Positions 20,868 through 32,616 of a stretch of 64,000 nucleotides of DNA are shown here, in pieces; position 1 is the stretch's first letter, and each line of letters starts with the position of its first letter. The stretch is from Candidatus Velthaea sp. Its GTDB lineage: Bacteria; Vulcanimicrobiota; Vulcanimicrobiia; Vulcanimicrobiales; Vulcanimicrobiaceae. Under the pieces are notes generated by a model. It worked only from the letters and a program-made list of their open reading frames with translations, searched no databases and was not told where the DNA came from. The stretch is taken from assembly GCA_965214935.1 (NCBI GenBank), contig CBDCCS010000021.1:96001-160000 (forward strand). The letters run 5' to 3'. Position numbers and translations under genes: made by a program.

Positions 20868-21992
20868 ATGAGTACCGCACGCTCGCTTGAGCTACCGGCG
20901 CCGGTTGTCGCGATCGACGCGATCGTTGCCGGCCTGCATCTGCCGTGGGACGGGGTGTATCAGCGCCCGCAGCACCTGCTGAGCCGAATCAGCCGCACCG
21001 TTCCCGTGCTCATCGTCGAGGAGCCGCGTCCGGACGGCCCGCCGTCGGCGCGCTGGATTCGCGACGGCACCGTAACGGTGTATCAGCCGGAGCGCGCTCT
21101 CTTCGGCAGCGGGTCGATCGCTGCTTCGACCATTGCTGCGGTTACCGCGCGGATCGGCAGCGCCGCGGCGCTTGTTTGGCTGTATACGCCGCTGATGCTG
21201 CCGTTGGCCGATGCCTTCCCGGCAGCACCGCTGGTGTTCGATGCGATGGACGAGCTCTCTCAATTTGCCCAAGCCGACCCGCGGATCGCGGAACTCGAAG
21301 CAAGCGTTCTTAAACGGGCGGCGGCCGTCTTTTGCGGCGGTCCGTCGCTCTACCGGTCGCGCGCCGGCCGGGCGCCGAACGTCAAACTTTACTCGAGCGG
21401 TGTGGATGTCGATTTCTTCGAGCGCGCCCGTCATTTGCAGCCACATGCTGCGCTGGCCGGCTTCGCCAAACCGGTGCTCGGCTACATCGGCGTGATCGAC
21501 GAGCGCATCGATCTCCAACTCGTTGCGGCGATTGCCGACGCCCGCCCCGATGCAACGCTCGTCATGATCGGGCCGACGACGAAAATTCAGCTTTCCGATC
21601 TGCCCCGGCGGCCGAATATTGTATATCTCGGGAAGCAGGCTTATGCCGATCTGCCGGCGCTGCTTGCCGGAATCGACGTCGCGCTGATGCCGTTCGCCCT
21701 GAACGATAGCACGCGCAACATCTCGCCGACCAAAACGCTCGAGTATTTGGCGGCCGGCAAACCGGTGGTCTCGACGGCGGTGCCGGACGTCGTTTCGGAA
21801 TATTCCGGGATTGTCGCAATTGCCGGCGACCGGCCGGCGTTTATCGCAGCGCTCGCGACGGCAGCCCATCAGGCGCACTCGGTTCAAGTCGCGGCAGACG
21901 AGCGAACCCGCGCGGCCACCTGGGATGCGATCGCCGCTTCAATGTTGGGCGACCTCGAGGCAGCCGGTATCCGGCCTCGCACGACCGTCTAG
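20868..21992 (+). CDS. GT-B glycosyltransferase (glf-associated type)
   Basis: HLPWDGVYQRPQHLLSR, DAMDELS, GYIGVIDERID, ISPTKTLEYLAAGKPVVST. Confidence 0.9.
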   Translation: MSTARSLELPAPVVAIDAIVAGLHLPWDGVYQRPQHLLSRISRTVPVLIVEEPRPDGPPSARWIRDGTVTVYQPERALFGSGSIAASTIAAVTARIGSAAALVWLYTPLMLPLADAFPAAPLVFDAMDELSQFAQADPRIAELEASVLKRAAAVFCGGPSLYRSRAGRAPNVKLYSSGVDVDFFERARHLQPHAALAGFAKPVLGYIGVIDERIDLQLVAAIADARPDATLVMIGPTTKIQLSDLPRRPNIVYLGKQAYADLPALLAGIDVALMPFALNDSTRNISPTKTLEYLAAGKPVVSTAVPDVVSEYSGIVAIAGDRPAFIAALATAAHQAHSVQVAADERTRAATWDAIAASMLGDLEAAGIRPRTTV

Positions 21993-22211
21993 AGTGCCGG
22001 CGAAGCGGCCGGAGTTCGGCGAGCTATTATGTCCGTGCGCCCACACCGTGGCGCTTTACGCCGAACACGGCTGCGACTCGGGCAGTAGCTGCGACCGCCG
22101 GCTCGACCCGGCTTCGGCGACCGACGCCGGGTTCGCACAAACGCGCTTCGGGCGCGATCGCTTCGGCCCGTTTGCTAAACGGGGATTAATTGCCGTTCGT
22201 TGATTGCCGTT

Positions 22212-23459
22212 TTAATGAAGCGCATGTGCGAGGTCAAGGGTCGCGTTGAGCGCGGCATCGAGATCGGCAATAATGTCGTCGATATCTTCGATCCCGACGG
22301 AGAGGCGGAGGAGATCCGCCGTTACCCCAAGTTCGGCTTTGCGGTCGGCCGACAGCGATCCATGGGTCATCACCGGCGGACTGCAAATCAGCGACTCGAC
22401 GCCGCCCAGCGATGTCGCGAGATTGAAAACACGTGTTTGTTTGGCGACGGCATGCGCGCGCAAGCCGTCACCCCGAACGCGAAATGTTACGATTCCGCCG
22501 AAACCGTGCATCTGGCGTTTGGCCAGCTCATGCTGCGGGTGATCCGCCAGTCCGGGGTAATACACCGCCGCGACATCGTCGCGCGCCGTCAACCACTGCG
22601 CGACGCTGTGCGCATTGCGCGCGTGTTCGCGCATCCGCAGCGCCAGGGTCTTAACGCCGCGCAGCGTTAAATACGCGTCCTGGGGACCCGGCACGGCACC
22701 CACGGCGTTTTGATGCAGCGCCACTTGGACGGCGAGCTCGCGATCGTCGGTAATGACGATTCCGCCCACGACGTCCGAATGACCGTTGATGTACTTCGTC
22801 GTCGAGTGCATCACGACGTCGGCCCCAAGTTCGAGCGGCCGCTGGAAATACGGCGACGCGAACGTATTGTCGACGACGACGATCCGGCCGGCGCCGCGCA
22901 GCGCGCAGATCGCCCGGATGTCGATGAGCGTGAGCAGCGGGTTGGTCGGCGTCTCGAGCCAAAGCAACTTTGTGTTCGGTCGCAGCGCGGCACGCGTTGC
23001 ATCGAGATCGGTCATGTCGACGTACGTCGTCTCGATACCGAATCGCGGTAAAACGTCGCTGAAAAGCCGGTACGTGCCGCCGTAGATGTCGCGCGTGGCG
23101 ACGATGTGATCGCCGGCGCGTAGAAACGAGACGACTGCGGCGTTGGCGGCCGCCATTCCGGAGCCGAACGCACTGCCGTAGCGAGCGCCTTCGAGATCCG
23201 CAAGGACCGCTTCGAGAGCTTGCCGCGTCGGATTGCCCGAGCGCGAATAATCGAAGCCCTTGGTAACGCCCACCGCTTCTTGGGTGAACGTTGCAGTTTG
23301 ATAGATTGGGACGATGGTCGATCCGGTCGCCTGACACGGATCTTGGCCTATACGGATCGCTCGCGTAGCGAATCCCTTAACGGGATGAGCTACATCGCTC
23401 TCACGCACCGCAGCGGTGCGTGAAGTCGACTGCGAGTGGCCCGACGGTTTTGTCGGCAT
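22212..23459 (-). CDS. metB: Cystathionine gamma-synthase/lyase family PLP enzyme
   Basis: PIYQTATF, YSRSGNPTR, ETPTNP, VDNTFASP, HSTTKYINGHSDV, LRLSVGIE; synthase versus lyase not resolvable. Confidence 0.85.
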   Translation of the reverse strand: MPTKPSGHSQSTSRTAAVRESDVAHPVKGFATRAIRIGQDPCQATGSTIVPIYQTATFTQEAVGVTKGFDYSRSGNPTRQALEAVLADLEGARYGSAFGSGMAAANAAVVSFLRAGDHIVATRDIYGGTYRLFSDVLPRFGIETTYVDMTDLDATRAALRPNTKLLWLETPTNPLLTLIDIRAICALRGAGRIVVVDNTFASPYFQRPLELGADVVMHSTTKYINGHSDVVGGIVITDDRELAVQVALHQNAVGAVPGPQDAYLTLRGVKTLALRMREHARNAHSVAQWLTARDDVAAVYYPGLADHPQHELAKRQMHGFGGIVTFRVRGDGLRAHAVAKQTRVFNLATSLGGVESLICSPPVMTHGSLSADRKAELGVTADLLRLSVGIEDIDDIIADLDAALNATLDLAHALH

Positions 23460-23530
23460 GCGAAACACTCCACAGTAGGTAAGCTTCGTTTTGTAGGTAC
23501 GCCTCAAAAGAGGTGTCGAGCTCGATACGT

Positions 23531-25708
<2,178 letters not shown>

Positions 25709-25735
25709 CTACCAACGGGCGTATCATATGAGAAT

Positions 25736-27028
25736 ATGTTCGTTTACCATGGACGTGCGCTGCGTCCCGGTGCCGTGCTCGTACTTGTTGCCGGCCTGCT
25801 CGGCGCGTGCAGCAAAGGTACGCCGGAGCAACCGAAACCGAGTGCCGCGGCCGTCCCCGTCGCCATCGCCCGGACCGGGACCGTTTCTCCGTCGAGCACG
25901 TTAGGCGGCATCATCGTGCCGTTTCTCAACGTTCAGGTCCAATCCGATCTCACCGAGCCGGCGATTGCGGTGTACGTGAATGAAGGCGATCGCGTCAAGC
26001 GCGGCCAGGTGCTGGCCCGCCTCGACACCCGCGACTTGGCCGGCAATTTGCGTTCGGATTTGGGCACGGCCGCGGCCGATGCCGCCAAAGCGCAGCAAAC
26101 GTACGACCAAGCCGGCTTGACGATCGCCCAAGATCGCAACGTCGTCAATGCTGCGCGCACCGCCGTCCGGCGGGCTCAAGTAACCTTGGCGACCGATACG
26201 CGCAATCTGTCGCGCGACACGCAGCTGGTCGCCAACGGCTACATTTCGCAGCAGCAGTACGACACCCAAAAAACGCTCGTGCAAACCGATCGTCAGACTC
26301 TGGTCTCGGCACAAGTTACGGTGCAAAACGACCTCAAGCAGGTTCAAGCGAACGGCACGACGTCGTCCGGCTTACAGGGCGCAACGGTGGCTTCGGCGCG
26401 AGCCGATCAGCAGACCGCGCTCGGACAAGCCGATAATGTCCGCGCATCGATCTCCAAGGCAACGATCGTATCGCCGATCGACGGCGTCGTCGTCAATCGG
26501 AACTTAAATCCGGGCGAGTATCCCGGTTCGCGTCAAATATTCACCCTGCAAGAAAATGACAAAGTGTACGCCGTGCTCAACGGCTCGGGCTCGCAGGTGG
26601 TCGGCGTTCGCACCGGTGCGCAGACGCAAATAGCGTCGACGGATCGGGCCGATCTCAAAGCTGCCGGAACCGTCGTGGGCGTACTCGATGAAGTCACGCC
26701 CGGCTCCACGAACTTCGTGGTCAAGGTATTGCTGCGAAATCAAAGCGGCGACTTTCATTCCGGGATGGTCGTTTCAGGCCGCGTTTTGCGGCCCGCGACA
26801 AGCGGCCTCCGCATTCCGCTGACAGCCTTTTTAGATACGACCGATACAACGGTGCAGATCGTCGCGAACAATGCCGTCCGGACGGCAAACGTGACGATGG
26901 TTGCCAGCGATGCAAAGAACGCGATCGTGCAAGGTTTGCACGACGGCGATCAAGTCGTCGCGAACGGGCAACTCGGCTTATCGGACGGGCAAAACGTCGA
27001 ACCGCAATCCACGGTCGCCGAGCGCTAA
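25736..27028 (+). CDS. RND efflux periplasmic adaptor subunit
   Basis: Lipobox LLGAC, VNEGDRVKRGQVLARLD, coiled-coil hairpin, IVSPIDGVV. Confidence 0.92.
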   Translation: MFVYHGRALRPGAVLVLVAGLLGACSKGTPEQPKPSAAAVPVAIARTGTVSPSSTLGGIIVPFLNVQVQSDLTEPAIAVYVNEGDRVKRGQVLARLDTRDLAGNLRSDLGTAAADAAKAQQTYDQAGLTIAQDRNVVNAARTAVRRAQVTLATDTRNLSRDTQLVANGYISQQQYDTQKTLVQTDRQTLVSAQVTVQNDLKQVQANGTTSSGLQGATVASARADQQTALGQADNVRASISKATIVSPIDGVVVNRNLNPGEYPGSRQIFTLQENDKVYAVLNGSGSQVVGVRTGAQTQIASTDRADLKAAGTVVGVLDEVTPGSTNFVVKVLLRNQSGDFHSGMVVSGRVLRPATSGLRIPLTAFLDTTDTTVQIVANNAVRTANVTMVASDAKNAIVQGLHDGDQVVANGQLGLSDGQNVEPQSTVAER

Positions 27029-27040
27029 GGTTCGAACGCC

Positions 27041-30000
27041 ATGTGGTTAACGAGTCTTTTTGTTAAGCGTTCAACGCTCGTCTTCGTTGTGTTGGCCATC
27101 GTCGGGTTGGCCGGGACGATCTCGTGGCTGACGCTCGTTCGTCAACAGTATCCGAACGTTTCGCAACCGACCATTCGCGTGCAACTTAGCTATAGCGGCG
27201 CGACGACGACGGTGATGCGCGACAGCATCGTCGCACCGATCGAAGACCAGATCGCCGGCAGTCCCGATTTGCAAACGATGTCGTCGACGATTCAAAACGG
27301 TCAGGCGACGATTGCGGCGATCTTCACGTTGACGTCGGACGAAAACACCGATCTTGTCAACGTTCAAAAAGCCGTTCAGGCCGCAAGTCATAATTTACCG
27401 AGCGATCTTACATCGCCGACTGTTTCGGTCAACGATCCCAGTGAAGCCGTCGTGGTCACGCTCTCACTGTCATCCTCGAAGATGACCGCCAGCGATCTAT
27501 CGCTCGTCGCTCAAGGCCGGATCGTTCCGGCGTTCGAGCAAGTGCCGGGGATCTCGAACGTCACCGAAGGCGGCAACGTGACGCCGGCCTACGAGGTCAC
27601 CGTCGATCCGCAGCGGCTCGTGGCACACCGGCTTACACTCAACGACGTTCTTACGACCGTCGGCGCCAGCAACGTACGCGCGCCGGGCGGGATCGTCTAT
27701 GCGCCGAACCGTGAAACGAACGTCGACATTCGCGGCGATATCATTACGCCCGAGTCCGTGCTCGGCTTGCCGATCTCGGCACCCGTGTCCAATGCCGCCG
27801 CTGTCACCGCCGGCGCGGTCAGCGGGAGCGCCGGAACGATCGATCCGTGGACGTCGGCAAGCTCCGTGCTACGCGTCGGCGATGTCGCCAGTGTTGCCGA
27901 TAGCTACGAGCCGCGCCGCCAAGCAGCGACCGTCAACGGCCTCAACGGCGTATTCTTACAGATTCAAAAAGCGTCCGACGCATCGGAAGTCGATGCTTCC
28001 AAAAATGCGCTCGCGGCACTGCCTAAAGTGCGCAAGCAATTTCCGGACATCAATTTCAACGTCATCAACGTTCAGTCGAAGTACACCGCGCAACAGCTCG
28101 ACGGCGTCGTGCGAACGCTCATCGAGGGCATCGTGCTGACCGGCATCGTGATGCTGTTCTTCTTAGGTTCCTGGCGTAACGCAATCGTCGTGCTCATCGC
28201 GATCCCGACATCGCTCGGCGTCGCACTCTTCGTGATGAAGATGCTCGGGCTGACGCTCGACACGATCTCACTGCTCGGCATGACGCTCGTCATCGGCATT
28301 CTCGTCGACGACTCGACCGTCGTACTCGAAAATATCGAACGTCACCATCAGATGGGTCAGGAGCCCGAAGCCGCCGCGATCACGGGCCGTACGGAGATCG
28401 GCGTTGCGGCAATCGTCATTACGCTCGTCGACGTCGTCGTCTTTTTACCGATTGCGTTCATTCAAAGTCAAGTCGGTCGCAATCTCGCCGAGTTTGGTAT
28501 CGTCATCGTGATTGCAACGTTGACGTCGCTTTTCGTCTGTTTCACGATCACGCCGTCGCTCGCGGCAAATTGGGCGCTCCGCGGAAATTGGCGCCCATGG
28601 CCGATCATTCGCGCCTTCGAGCGCGGATTCGATAATGTGCGCAGCTGGTATGCCCATCGCGTCCTGCCATGGGGTCTGCGCCACCGGGTTCCGTTCTCGC
28701 TCGCGTGTCTCGCGTCGTTCGTCGGCGCAATTGCGCTCGTACCCACCGGGATCGTCGGCGAAGAATTCATTCCGCCCAACGATCGCGGTGAGATCTTTAT
28801 TCAAGTGCAATATCCGGTCGGCACACCGCTGGCGAGGCTGCGCTATGAGATGACGAATCTCGAGAAAGCCATTCGCAACAACGGCGATATCGATGCCGAT
28901 ATTGCCGTTGCCGGCGCATACTCCGCACCGTTCGGCGGTTTCGTCACGCAAGGCAACGTCGGTCAAGTGCACATTTGGCTCAAGGACGATCGGGCACACC
29001 CCACGAGCTATTGGGTCGACGAATTTCGGCGCATCGCCCTGCAGCGTGTACCCGGCGGAAATCCGATCGTCGTGCCGGCCACCGGGACGCAAGGCGGCAA
29101 CGCTCAACCGATCGATGAACTCGTCACCGATATTTCCGGCGGCGATCCCACGAAGTACGCACTCGCCGCGTACGGCATCATGCAGAAAACGGCCGGTGCG
29201 GCCAATGTGATCAGTTCCGATGCCGCACAGCAGCCGCAAGTCGAGTTACAATTCGATCGGGCAAAGGCGCAAGCGCTCAACGTTAGCATCGGTACGGCGG
29301 CAACTGCGGCGCGGGCGGCGTTCGGCGGCTCGATTGCAACGCAATTTGAGACGCCCGACGGACTTAAACAAGTTCAAGTCATCTATCCGATCGAGGATCA
29401 GACGAGCCTCGAAGCGTTCAACGCCATTCCGATCCGCTCGACGACCAATGCAATCGTGCACCTCGGCGATTTTGCGAGCTTCAAATGGGAACCGGCTCCG
29501 CCGCTGATCATCCGCGTCGATCGCAACTCCGTCGTGCACATTAGCGCGAACGTCGCGCCGGGCGCGTCGCTCTCGAACGTGCAAGCATCGTTTCTCGATG
29601 CAATTAAACGAACGGCGGCACAGCAGAAATGGCCGAACACGATCGTCGTGCGGCCGGCGCCGTTGGGTCAGCAAGACCTCATGGGCCAAACGCTGCTCGG
29701 CTTGGGCACGTCGCTCATCCTGTCGGTCGTGCTCGTGTTCTTGTTGATGGTTGCACTCTATAACAGCTATCGTTCGCCGTTCATCATTCTCTTCTCCGTG
29801 CCGGTCGCAGCGGTCGGCGCGTTGGGAGCACTTGCACTAACGCACGAAACGTTGAACTTGTTCTCGCTCATCGGGACGATCTTGCTCGTCGGCTTAGTTA
29901 CGAAAAACGGCATCTTACTCGTCGACTATGCCAATACGTTACGCGCTCGTGGTGAGAGCAAATTGCAAGCGATCCAGGAAAGCGCGTTTACCCGGTTCCG

Positions 30001-30274
30001 GCCGATCGTTATGACGAGCGTCTCGGTGATCGCCGGAAACTTTCCGCTCGCACTTGCGCTCGAGCCAGGCTCGATCGTGCGCTCGAGTTTGGGCGTCGTC
30101 GTCATCGGCGGTATCACCAGCTCGCTCATTCTCACCCTCGTACTCGTACCGATCATGTACATGTGGCTGGCGCCCGAGAACTATGCAGCCGATAAGATTA
30201 AGGCCGCGCCGGGAACGCCGCGCGCCGACGTCAACGCCGAACGGCAACCGGCAGGGGTCGGCGTGCGCGCTTAG
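27041..30274 (+). CDS. RND efflux permease (AcrB family)
   Basis: GILVDDSTVVLENI, GLVTKNGILLVD, RFRPIVMT; two TM clusters. Confidence 0.95.
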   Translation: MWLTSLFVKRSTLVFVVLAIVGLAGTISWLTLVRQQYPNVSQPTIRVQLSYSGATTTVMRDSIVAPIEDQIAGSPDLQTMSSTIQNGQATIAAIFTLTSDENTDLVNVQKAVQAASHNLPSDLTSPTVSVNDPSEAVVVTLSLSSSKMTASDLSLVAQGRIVPAFEQVPGISNVTEGGNVTPAYEVTVDPQRLVAHRLTLNDVLTTVGASNVRAPGGIVYAPNRETNVDIRGDIITPESVLGLPISAPVSNAAAVTAGAVSGSAGTIDPWTSASSVLRVGDVASVADSYEPRRQAATVNGLNGVFLQIQKASDASEVDASKNALAALPKVRKQFPDINFNVINVQSKYTAQQLDGVVRTLIEGIVLTGIVMLFFLGSWRNAIVVLIAIPTSLGVALFVMKMLGLTLDTISLLGMTLVIGILVDDSTVVLENIERHHQMGQEPEAAAITGRTEIGVAAIVITLVDVVVFLPIAFIQSQVGRNLAEFGIVIVIATLTSLFVCFTITPSLAANWALRGNWRPWPIIRAFERGFDNVRSWYAHRVLPWGLRHRVPFSLACLASFVGAIALVPTGIVGEEFIPPNDRGEIFIQVQYPVGTPLARLRYEMTNLEKAIRNNGDIDADIAVAGAYSAPFGGFVTQGNVGQVHIWLKDDRAHPTSYWVDEFRRIALQRVPGGNPIVVPATGTQGGNAQPIDELVTDISGGDPTKYALAAYGIMQKTAGAANVISSDAAQQPQVELQFDRAKAQALNVSIGTAATAARAAFGGSIATQFETPDGLKQVQVIYPIEDQTSLEAFNAIPIRSTTNAIVHLGDFASFKWEPAPPLIIRVDRNSVVHISANVAPGASLSNVQASFLDAIKRTAAQQKWPNTIVVRPAPLGQQDLMGQTLLGLGTSLILSVVLVFLLMVALYNSYRSPFIILFSVPVAAVGALGALALTHETLNLFSLIGTILLVGLVTKNGILLVDYANTLRARGESKLQAIQESAFTRFRPIVMTSVSVIAGNFPLALALEPGSIVRSSLGVVVIGGITSSLILTLVLVPIMYMWLAPENYAADKIKAAPGTPRADVNAERQPAGVGVRA

Positions 30275-31776
30275 AGTTCATCGGCCGAGGCACCGATGAG
30301 CGCCGGGTTTGATTTGCGATAGCCGTAGCAGAAAAAGATCAGCAGCCCCACCGCGAGCGAACTAACGAACCAAATGAGCGTCTGCGGCGAAAGCCCGAAT
30401 ACGACGAGCACCAAGTCGATGATGATGCCGATGATGGGAAACACCGGCACGAACGGCGAGCGAAACGGCCGTTCGATGTCGGGACGCTTGGCCCGCAAAT
30501 AGATGACGCCGACCGAGACGACGATAAACGCGAGCAGCGTTCCGACGTTCACGAGATTGAGCAGCTGATCGAGCGGAACGACGAGCGTCAGCAGCGCGAT
30601 ACCGCAACCGGTGATCATGGTCATGAGCGCCGGAGTTTTGAAGCGCGGATGAATCTTCGACACGAAGGGCGGCAGCATGCCGTCGCGCGACATGACGTAA
30701 AAGATGCGCGTTTGTCCCAGCAGCGATGTTAGCGCGACGCTCGTTGTACCGGCTATGACGCCCAGCGTGATCGTCCAATCGACAAACGGATTGTGTAACG
30801 GTGCGAGGGCCGAAGCAAGCGCGGCGTTTTGGTCGACCTTCTGCCACGGGACGACACCGACGAGTACGACAGCAACCGTGCAGTAGATGATCGTGCCGAT
30901 AATGAGAGCGCCGATGACGCCGACGGGGACGTCGCGTTGCGGATTAGCACACTCCTGCGCGGTCGTCGTCGCCGTGTCGAAGCCGATATAGCTGAAAAAC
31001 ACGAGCGCCGCTGCGGGTATGATGCCTGCGCCGTCGCCGCCGGAAAAGGGCTGCAGTTTACCCCAGCCCAGCGGAGCGAACGGCACTAAATTACTCGGAT
31101 GGAACAGCGCTAATCCGAAGATGACGAACACGACGAGCGCACCGATTTTAAGCACGACGAAGATGTTGTTGGTCGTTGCGGTCTCGCGAATGCCCACGAC
31201 TAAGAGCGCGGAGAGTGCCAGCACGAATAAAGCGCCGACGATATCGTATTGCGAGTGTAAGAAATCCCACTGCCAAAATGCAAACCATGGTCCGTTCGCA
31301 ACGAAATGCGAGGTCTGTGCCCAGTGCGGCAGGATCACGCCGAAACTGCGTAACAGCGTTTGAAACGTTCCGCTAAATTGCTGAGCCACCGGCGCGGCAC
31401 TGATGCCGTATTCGAATAGCAATGCGAAACCGATGATCCACGCAACGAGTTTGCCCAGCGTTGCATAAGCGTAGGTATACGCGCTGCCGGCGATCGGAAC
31501 CATCGCGCCAAGTTCGGCATAACACAGTGCGGCAAAAAACGACGCAGTTCCGGCCAGAACGAATGCGGCGATGATCGCCGGTCCGGCGATGCGGACGCCG
31601 GGACCGATGGTGGTAAAGATACCGCCGCCGATCATCGTACCGAGCCCGACGGCCATAAGATCGCGCGCGCCGAGCGCGCGTTTGAGGGTATTGCGCCGGC
31701 TTTCGTTTCGTAACCGCTCGAGCGATGTCGTCGCAAAAAGCCGCCCGAATAACGCCGACGAGCGAGATGCCATCAT
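30271..31776 (-). CDS. Amino acid permease (cationic amino acid transporter-like)
   Basis: LKRALG, IGGGIF, CYAELGAMVPIAGSAYTY, FFSYIGFD, RIFYVMSRDGMLP. Confidence 0.93.
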   Translation of the reverse strand: MMASRSSALFGRLFATTSLERLRNESRRNTLKRALGARDLMAVGLGTMIGGGIFTTIGPGVRIAGPAIIAAFVLAGTASFFAALCYAELGAMVPIAGSAYTYAYATLGKLVAWIIGFALLFEYGISAAPVAQQFSGTFQTLLRSFGVILPHWAQTSHFVANGPWFAFWQWDFLHSQYDIVGALFVLALSALLVVGIRETATTNNIFVVLKIGALVVFVIFGLALFHPSNLVPFAPLGWGKLQPFSGGDGAGIIPAAALVFFSYIGFDTATTTAQECANPQRDVPVGVIGALIIGTIIYCTVAVVLVGVVPWQKVDQNAALASALAPLHNPFVDWTITLGVIAGTTSVALTSLLGQTRIFYVMSRDGMLPPFVSKIHPRFKTPALMTMITGCGIALLTLVVPLDQLLNLVNVGTLLAFIVVSVGVIYLRAKRPDIERPFRSPFVPVFPIIGIIIDLVLVVFGLSPQTLIWFVSSLAVGLLIFFCYGYRKSNPALIGASADEL

Positions 31777-31938
31777 CGCCGGTACAACGCAGCGCCACAA
31801 CTTCCCGCCGACGAATGCAGCGCGTGGAGTGTCGTTTCTTTCGCTCGGCGACCGCGTCGTGCTAATTGAAGTGCACGTCAATCAAATCGAGCCGATTCGG
31901 CGTAATGCATGACGACACCAAGGTCGCCGCCCTTGTCC

Positions 31939-31968
31939 TTGACCGGGCCGGGCAACCTCATATATACT
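31939..31968 (+). promoter_or_regulatory. Sigma70-type promoter of vapBC
   Basis: TTGACC-N18-TATACT, 6 nt upstream of GTG 31975. Confidence 0.6.
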
Positions 31969-31974
31969 CAGCGG

Positions 31975-32220
31975 GTGGCGATATATATCACAAATCCTGA
32001 AGCAGAAGAACTGGCACGACAACTTTCGTTACAAACGGGTGAGACGATCACCGATACGGTGATCGCTGCGTTGCGCGAGCGGAAGGAGCGTTTAAATCAA
32101 CTTGCACCGGAAAAGCGCGTCGCCGCGCTTTTGGAAATAAGTAACCGCGCTTCAGCTATCATTGGAGATTCGCCGGTTGATATCGACGAGCTGTACAATG
32201 ACGAAGGATTACCAAAGTGA
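31975..32220 (+). CDS. vapB: VapB-family antitoxin (Rv0623-like)
   Basis: AIYITNPEAEELARQLSLQTGETITDTVIAALRER...LYNDEGLP; GTGA overlap with toxin gene. Confidence 0.88.
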   Translation: MAIYITNPEAEELARQLSLQTGETITDTVIAALRERKERLNQLAPEKRVAALLEISNRASAIIGDSPVDIDELYNDEGLPK

Positions 32221-32609
32221 TCATCGACAGCTCCGCGCTTGTCGCTATCTTTAGACGTGAACCGGAACAACAGCGATTCGTTCAGCTGATCGCTGCATCA
32301 CCGGTAAGCTCGGTTGCGGCGCCGACTTTTCTCGAAACCGCAATGGTCTTACGAAAATTTGGACCGCAGGTATCGGCCGCCTTGCACGAATTCGTTCGCA
32401 GCGCTGGTATAACGATTCTCCCCTTTGCCGAACATCATCTTGCTGCCGCCGAGGAAGCGTTCCGCCGTTTCGGCCGCGGCGCCGGTCACGCAGCCCGCCT
32501 AAACTTCGGTGACTGTATATCATATGCTGTAAGTATTACGAGCAATAGACCGCTGCTCTTCAAGGGCGACGACTTCACTTACACAGACGTTATGCGACTC
32601 TCGGTTTGA
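32217..32609 (+). CDS. vapC: VapC-family PIN-domain toxin
   Basis: IIDSSALVAI, PTFLE, LNFGDCISYA, LLFKGDDF. Confidence 0.93.
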   Translation: MIIDSSALVAIFRREPEQQRFVQLIAASPVSSVAAPTFLETAMVLRKFGPQVSAALHEFVRSAGITILPFAEHHLAAAEEAFRRFGRGAGHAARLNFGDCISYAVSITSNRPLLFKGDDFTYTDVMRLSV

Positions 32610-32616
32610 AGCTGCG

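Noticed and set aside
23380..23530. SAM riboswitch upstream of metB
   Set aside because: SAM-I core elements absent; spacer short.
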